Shown here: positions 16,253 through 20,405 of the stretch, piece by piece
Numbering within the stretch: the stretch's first letter is position 1
How the letters are laid out: every line of letters begins with the position of its first letter
Assembly (NCBI GenBank): GCA_050011875.1
Contig: JBEKIG010000023.1
Span: 1-20,405, forward strand
Reading direction: 5' to 3'
DNA: 20,405 nt
Origin: Nitrososphaeria archaeon
GTDB lineage: Archaea; Thermoproteota; Nitrososphaeria; JACIWG01
Notes under the pieces: generated by a model
The model's input: only the letters and a program-made list of their open reading frames with translations
Database searches by the model: none
Told to the model about the DNA's origin: nothing
Position numbers and translations under genes: made by a program

Positions 16253-16891
16253 CTAAGTGAAGGCTGACTCTGCTGTTGGAACGCCAGTCGGTAGCTCTGG
16301 GAACCTTTCTTTCATTCTCTGTTCCGCTACAGCTGATGCCTCTGCAAGTATCTTTTCTGCGTCTTCGTTAGCTGCCTCAAAGTTCAATGATGCCCCACTT
16401 GTCTGACCTGCGTCAACCAGTATGCTGCTCAGTAGGCCACTGATTTCGTTTATTTCCCTTTCTGCTTCAGGTAGAACACTTATTATTCCTGTTTTAACGC
16501 TTCTAATCACCGACATAGCAGGAGCCAACGTCACTACAATGTCTCCGAGTTCCGTTACAGTGTTCAACCTTAGCACTATCTGCTCTAATGCAAGCCTCGA
16601 GGATGTGACCATCTTGTTCATTTTGCGAACTTCCGCAAGCTCGTTAGCGTACACGCTAGCGTGCTGAGTGTCATGCTTCTGAATTGCCGTCACGACCTTG
16701 TTAAAAATAGCAGCGTCCCTTTCTTTTAGTTTAGTACAAGTGGCATCAAGCCTCGCAACCTGAGTCTGTATCGCACGAACCGCATCTTCCAGCCTTGGCT
16801 TAAGAGGGCCAGAAGGCCTTATAGCTTCCTTTACCTTGTCCCCCATACCAGGTTTTTGTTCTCTTACCCATTTTTCTCCGAAGTTAGACAT
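16253..16891 (-). CDS. ESCRT-III (Snf7 family) protein, CdvB1/B2-like, with a MIM2-like motif
   Basis: ASVYANELAEVRKM…LALEQIVLRLNTVTELGDIVVTLAPA, NEDAEKILAEA and C-terminal RFPELPTGVP. N-terminal amphipathic MSNFGEKW; no winged-helix. Confidence 0.92.
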   Translation of the reverse strand: MSNFGEKWVREQKPGMGDKVKEAIRPSGPLKPRLEDAVRAIQTQVARLDATCTKLKERDAAIFNKVVTAIQKHDTQHASVYANELAEVRKMNKMVTSSRLALEQIVLRLNTVTELGDIVVTLAPAMSVIRSVKTGIISVLPEAEREINEISGLLSSILVDAGQTSGASLNFEAANEDAEKILAEASAVAEQRMKERFPELPTGVPTAESAFT

Positions 16892-16964
16892 TTTTTACCA
16901 CTGAGTCTTAAATCCATAACATTCCTCTATTATTCTATATGTTACCGAAGTAGCTGTAACCAAG

Positions 16965-18191
16965 GTGACAGTTGTGGCGGTGACGATGATAGGAGTAGGG
17001 GACGAAAACGTATCCTTAGAGGAGTACGGGCTAAGCGAATACGAATCAAGGGTGTACGTTGCCCTGTTAAAATTTGGACGAATGAAGATCAAAGATATCG
17101 CCATGAATTCTGGTGTGCCGAGGACAAAGGTCTATGGCGTCGCCAAAGCATTAGCAGGAAAGGGTATCGTAGAACTGGTGGGCAAAGATCCGGTGTACTG
17201 CGTTCCGGTAACTCCGGAAGAGGTCTTTACAAAAAGTTTGAATCATGAGAAGAGAAGGTTCAAGAAGATGGTTTTGACGTTCAAAAAAATACAGGAACTT
17301 CATAGGGAAACTCCACTCTTTGCAGACTTCGAAGAGAGAAAGTTCAAGGTCTATAACAGCCAAGCGTTTGAGAAAAGACTTAACGAAATCTTCCTAGACA
17401 CTTCCAAAAGCATTTTCGCGTGCTTAAACTGGTGGGGCTTCAACATCATAGCAGCAAATGCTGAGACGCTAAACAGCCTTTCTAAGGAAGTAAATGTCAA
17501 GATAGTTATAGGGACATATAATGACGAGAAGACCCTAGAGAAATTTGATTCAAAAGTTGATATTAGGGTGACTGGAAAGAACATCGGCGTCAACATTATC
17601 GTCTTCGATGACAAGACAACGGTTCTCCTTGACGAATCGGGTAAGATAACGGAGATAGAAGACAGGGAAGTGTGCGAACTCGCAAAGGAGGTCGTTATCG
17701 GGAGGTTCTTCAAGAGGTCCCTTGACTGGAAGAAGGCGTTCCAGATAACTCAGCTTGGTGGAGAGGACCTGATCAGCCTCTATTCAGGAGAAGAAAAGGT
17801 ATATGACGCTTTCATCCAGGCCGTAGCGGAAACGGTCCTAGATGAGGAGAAACTCTACCAGATCGGTGAAAGATTTGTTGACAACCTGACCACGATGCTG
17901 CAGGTTGACCTGTTCGGTAAAGGCTTTGAAGTGCAGCAGCCCATCCTGTCGGCGCTCATGTCAGAGAACCTCGGACGAGACTCCAGTACAAGATATGATC
18001 CTCTTACAAGACTATATACTTTAGAAGCTCCAATGACTTCGAAGGGGCTGCCTGCAACTATATGGCTCTTTGCTTTGGCAGGTGCGGCGAAGAGGAATGA
18101 GCTGACCTTCAAGATACTCCAGAGCACGAGCATTTCCGCTGAAGGAAAACATATTATTCAGGCGAAAATAGAAAAGAAACCCTTAACGTAG
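16965..18191 (+). CDS. TrmB-family transcriptional regulator with an additional C-terminal domain
   Basis: LEEYGLSEYESRVYVALL…IAMNSGVPRTKVYGVAKALAGKGIV wHTH, a coiled coil, a PLD-like effector domain (VNVKIVI…IIVFDDK) and an extra ~130 aa. Start uncertain (GTG 16965/16974/16980 or ATG 16986). Confidence 0.88.
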   Translation: MTVVAVTMIGVGDENVSLEEYGLSEYESRVYVALLKFGRMKIKDIAMNSGVPRTKVYGVAKALAGKGIVELVGKDPVYCVPVTPEEVFTKSLNHEKRRFKKMVLTFKKIQELHRETPLFADFEERKFKVYNSQAFEKRLNEIFLDTSKSIFACLNWWGFNIIAANAETLNSLSKEVNVKIVIGTYNDEKTLEKFDSKVDIRVTGKNIGVNIIVFDDKTTVLLDESGKITEIEDREVCELAKEVVIGRFFKRSLDWKKAFQITQLGGEDLISLYSGEEKVYDAFIQAVAETVLDEEKLYQIGERFVDNLTTMLQVDLFGKGFEVQQPILSALMSENLGRDSSTRYDPLTRLYTLEAPMTSKGLPATIWLFALAGAAKRNELTFKILQSTSISAEGKHIIQAKIEKKPLT

Positions 18192-18196
18192 TATAC

Positions 18197-18412
18197 CTAC
18201 TTAGATAGATAGGACCACAGAATTATGGTAATATCCATTATTATCGCTCCTGCAAGGCCTGCTAGGAAGGCACCGGCCACCACCTGCGAGATAAAGATCG
18301 AAGGTAAAATAGACATCAAAAATTTGACGATAGTGGGCGCCACAAGGTAGGCGATAAATCCTAACGCGAACCCTAGAAGAGCGAATCCTGTTAATATTGT
18401 GATTCTTCCCAT
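18197..18412 (-). CDS. Small two-TM membrane protein, unknown function
   Basis: 71 aa with two Gly-rich hydrophobic helices. Has its own BRE/TATA (18446-18461) and an AAGGTG SD. Confidence 0.75.
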   Translation of the reverse strand: MGRITILTGFALLGFALGFIAYLVAPTIVKFLMSILPSIFISQVVAGAFLAGLAGAIIMDITIILWSYLSK

Positions 18413-18445
18413 GTATTACACCTTAGAGTGTAGCTTAAAGTCCCG

Positions 18446-18480
18446 TATATAAAAGTTTTTTAAAAAAAATTTAAAAAAAA
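18446..18480 (-). terminator. Two T8 terminator tracts of the surface-protein gene abutting the BRE/TATA (AAAAAAC-TTTTATATA) of the 71-aa gene
   Basis: A8 at 18473-18480 and 18462-18469 on the plus strand; TATA at 18446-18454 on the minus strand. Confidence 0.6.
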
Positions 18481-18501
18481 GAGAATGTGAAGGCTCCTGT
18501 C

Positions 18502-20405
18502 TTAGGATAGCCTTCTTATCAGTATAGCTATTTCAATTACTAGTACTATTGCTGCGAGTATGCCGATGATGATCAGGTATGTCGATAGGCTGTCCACTTC
18601 TGTTTTGATGTTGCTAGTTGTCGACGTCTGGCTGTTTATTGCAGATGTAATGCTATTCGTGCTGCTTGTTATCTGCGTGCCCAATGTATTTCCTAAGTTT
18701 GTTATCTGAGTACCAAGCGTTGAGCCCAAGCTAGTTATCTGGGATGAAATACCTGAAAGGCCTGAAACACTGGTGTTTATCGATCCAATAGCGGTGTTTA
18801 CGCTGCTAAACCCACTTGTTGTAGTGGAAGAGAGTGACGACACACTACTTGATACTCCTGCGATGTCAGACCTGATGCTGGACACACCACTTGTCAAAGC
18901 AGTGTTAAGGCTAGCTATTGAAGCGGTTATATTAGTGTTAAGGCTAGACATTGAGGTCTGTAGTTTATTAAGTGAAGCGGTTATTGCATTGTTGTTGGTA
19001 GTCATTTGACTTAGAATTGCCTGAGTGTCGGCTGAAGTACCTGTGACAGTGAAGGTCTTGTATACAGGTGTGGTGTTACCGCCCCCGTACATCGAGAAGA
19101 CGTGTAGGCCTGAAGTGAATCCTGCAGCTACAAACTGAATGCTAACATCACCTGTTCCATTTCCTACTAAGCCAGATGGAAGACTTTGTGTACCTGTTTG
19201 ATTCACAACGTTTTGACCTAGGTATTGGTTGTCTATGTCCGGTATGTAGCCTACAACTGGGCTTAGACCAGTAAAGGTTACCGTCACCAGAGAGCCGTCA
19301 TTTGTGATCGTTGTTGGGTAAATCGTTATTTGCTGCGTCACCGTGAAATTGGCACTCGTAATCACGTCAGATCCGGGTACACTGGTTGTTGTATTCCCTA
19401 AAAATGTGGTAAGGGCCACTACTGGATGTACACCGCCGAACGTGTGTGGAACAGTGAACTTGACGGTTACGTTAAATTCGCCGTTTGATCCCACCGTCGC
19501 GTTGTTCGTCCAATAGTATGTGACGTCTTTATACGTCTCTTGATACCAGTATAGGTAGACATCTATGTTCGTTGTGAAACCGTAAGCTTGTGCACTTACT
19601 ATGGTGAAGATGGGTCCCTTGCTTGGAGTCAGTATCAGCGCAGGCTTTACTGTAACGTTGAAGCCGAAGATTGTATTCTTATCCTTAATGTAGACGTAGT
19701 GATTGCCGATTGTTGTGGTCGGGATTGTTACGGTCGTATTAAAGAAGCCTGTCGAGTTTGTTGTTGCCGTCGCGATTTGTGATGAGCCATCCCACCAGAA
19801 GCTTACACTTCCTACGTAGAAGCTGTTGCCCGAAATTACCACAGAATCGAAGACGTGGACGTTTGCTATGTTAATGAGGTTTGTCAAGTTGCCGAACTCG
19901 GCATAAGATGGGTATACTGGGGTTGGTGTCACAGATGGGTAAGCGCTATCGACCTGTAGAAGACCTCTTTCGCCTTCCATATAGGTGGCTGTACCTGGAG
20001 AACCTGTACTGTTGTCTATGACACCAAAGATGATGCCATAGCTGTAATTCAGCTGTGATCCAGAGGGTAATGCTTTCAACAAATCAGGAGCTGCCATTGT
20101 ATACGTTAATTGCCCTATACTACTTGCTGCTGTAAGGTTTGCGATGCTGACGTTATCACCGGAAATTGGGTTGTAGTAGGTTAGGTTCGCTTTTCCGCTT
20201 GCACTAAGGCCGCTGGCTTTTAGCGTAAGTGGAGTACCGGGGGCCCCACTGTCTGGGGTGACTGTAAAGCTCGGCATCACTTCGATGTAGCTGCTTGTAA
20301 CCGCAACAGAGTCTGCGGAACCGTCATAGCATTTGATATAGTAATCTCCTCCAGCTATGTTCTTTGGTATTGGACCGGTGACCGCATCGTAACCCACTGT
20401 ATAGT
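18502..20405 (-). CDS. 3' part of a large S-layer/cell-surface stalk glycoprotein: Ig-like beta-sandwich repeats, Ser/Thr-rich coiled coil, C-terminal TM anchor (5'-truncated by the window)
   Basis: The frame is open to the window edge. Repeated TPxSG.PG/TPSKGP…GF and G.F...TVTIP/FTVP motifs, many N-x-S/T sequons, and C-terminal TYLIIIGILAAIVLVIEIAILIRRLS. Confidence 0.85.
   Translation of the reverse strand, partial: YTVGYDAVTGPIPKNIAGGDYYIKCYDGSADSVAVTSSYIEVMPSFTVTPDSGAPGTPLTLKASGLSASGKANLTYYNPISGDNVSIANLTAASSIGQLTYTMAAPDLLKALPSGSQLNYSYGIIFGVIDNSTGSPGTATYMEGERGLLQVDSAYPSVTPTPVYPSYAEFGNLTNLINIANVHVFDSVVISGNSFYVGSVSFWWDGSSQIATATTNSTGFFNTTVTIPTTTIGNHYVYIKDKNTIFGFNVTVKPALILTPSKGPIFTIVSAQAYGFTTNIDVYLYWYQETYKDVTYYWTNNATVGSNGEFNVTVKFTVPHTFGGVHPVVALTTFLGNTTTSVPGSDVITSANFTVTQQITIYPTTITNDGSLVTVTFTGLSPVVGYIPDIDNQYLGQNVVNQTGTQSLPSGLVGNGTGDVSIQFVAAGFTSGLHVFSMYGGGNTTPVYKTFTVTGTSADTQAILSQMTTNNNAITASLNKLQTSMSSLNTNITASIASLNTALTSGVSSIRSDIAGVSSSVSSLSSTTTSGFSSVNTAIGSINTSVSGLSGISSQITSLGSTLGTQITNLGNTLGTQITSSTNSITSAINSQTSTTSNIKTEVDSLSTYLIIIGILAAIVLVIEIAILIRRLS
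18668..18741 (-). repeat. 33-bp (11-aa) tandem repeat in the stalk-coding region
   Basis: GTTATCTG at 18668, 18701 and 18734; protein ITSLGSTLGTQ ITNLGNTLGTQ ITSS. Confidence 0.75.

Noticed and set aside
199-19782. Many ORF-track entries antisense to or nested in assigned genes (e.g. 950-1176, 1502-1849, 3557-4197, 5644-6033, 12200-12574, 14844-15158, 16856-17248, 16895-17104, 18773-19009)
   Set aside because: Shadow ORFs of well-supported genes, with no motifs or expression signals. 16895..17104 is not CdvA (no PRC-barrel or coiled-coil features).

Overview
Archaeal genomic window. Gene content (ESCRT-III x2 plus Vps4, SmAP3-tgtA, Alba-NusA2-aspS, eL38, eL40, TrmB, Tat) points to the TACK/Thermoproteota group; a basal Nitrososphaerota-, Aigarchaeota- or Bathyarchaeia-like lineage is my inference. 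Positions 1-~1500 are AT-rich and look accessory: a ribbon-helix-helix-like/Cys-motif gene preceded by a 12-13 bp tandem and inverted repeat array. A core block follows: Lsm, archaeosine TGT, PAC2 proteasome chaperone, beta-CASP nuclease, archaemetzincin, presenilin-type GxGD protease, divergent eL38, pyruvoyl arginine decarboxylase and a VOC protein. Next come a triply broken G1 glutamic-peptidase pseudogene, tatA-tatC (TatC with a C-terminal zinc ribbon), an rpl40e-tRNA-Val(CAC) pair missed by the ORF track, and alba-nusA2-aspS. The right part holds a cdvB1/2-cdvB-cdvC ESCRT operon with a long intercistronic RNA hairpin, a divergent TrmB regulator with an extra C-terminal domain, a small membrane protein, and the 3' part of a large S-layer/stalk glycoprotein. 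The best candidates for undescribed biology are the TrmB plus RNA-hairpin control of the ESCRT operon, the in-frame metzincin-presenilin pair, and the repeat array/RHH module. All calls are from motif recognition only; no searches were run.
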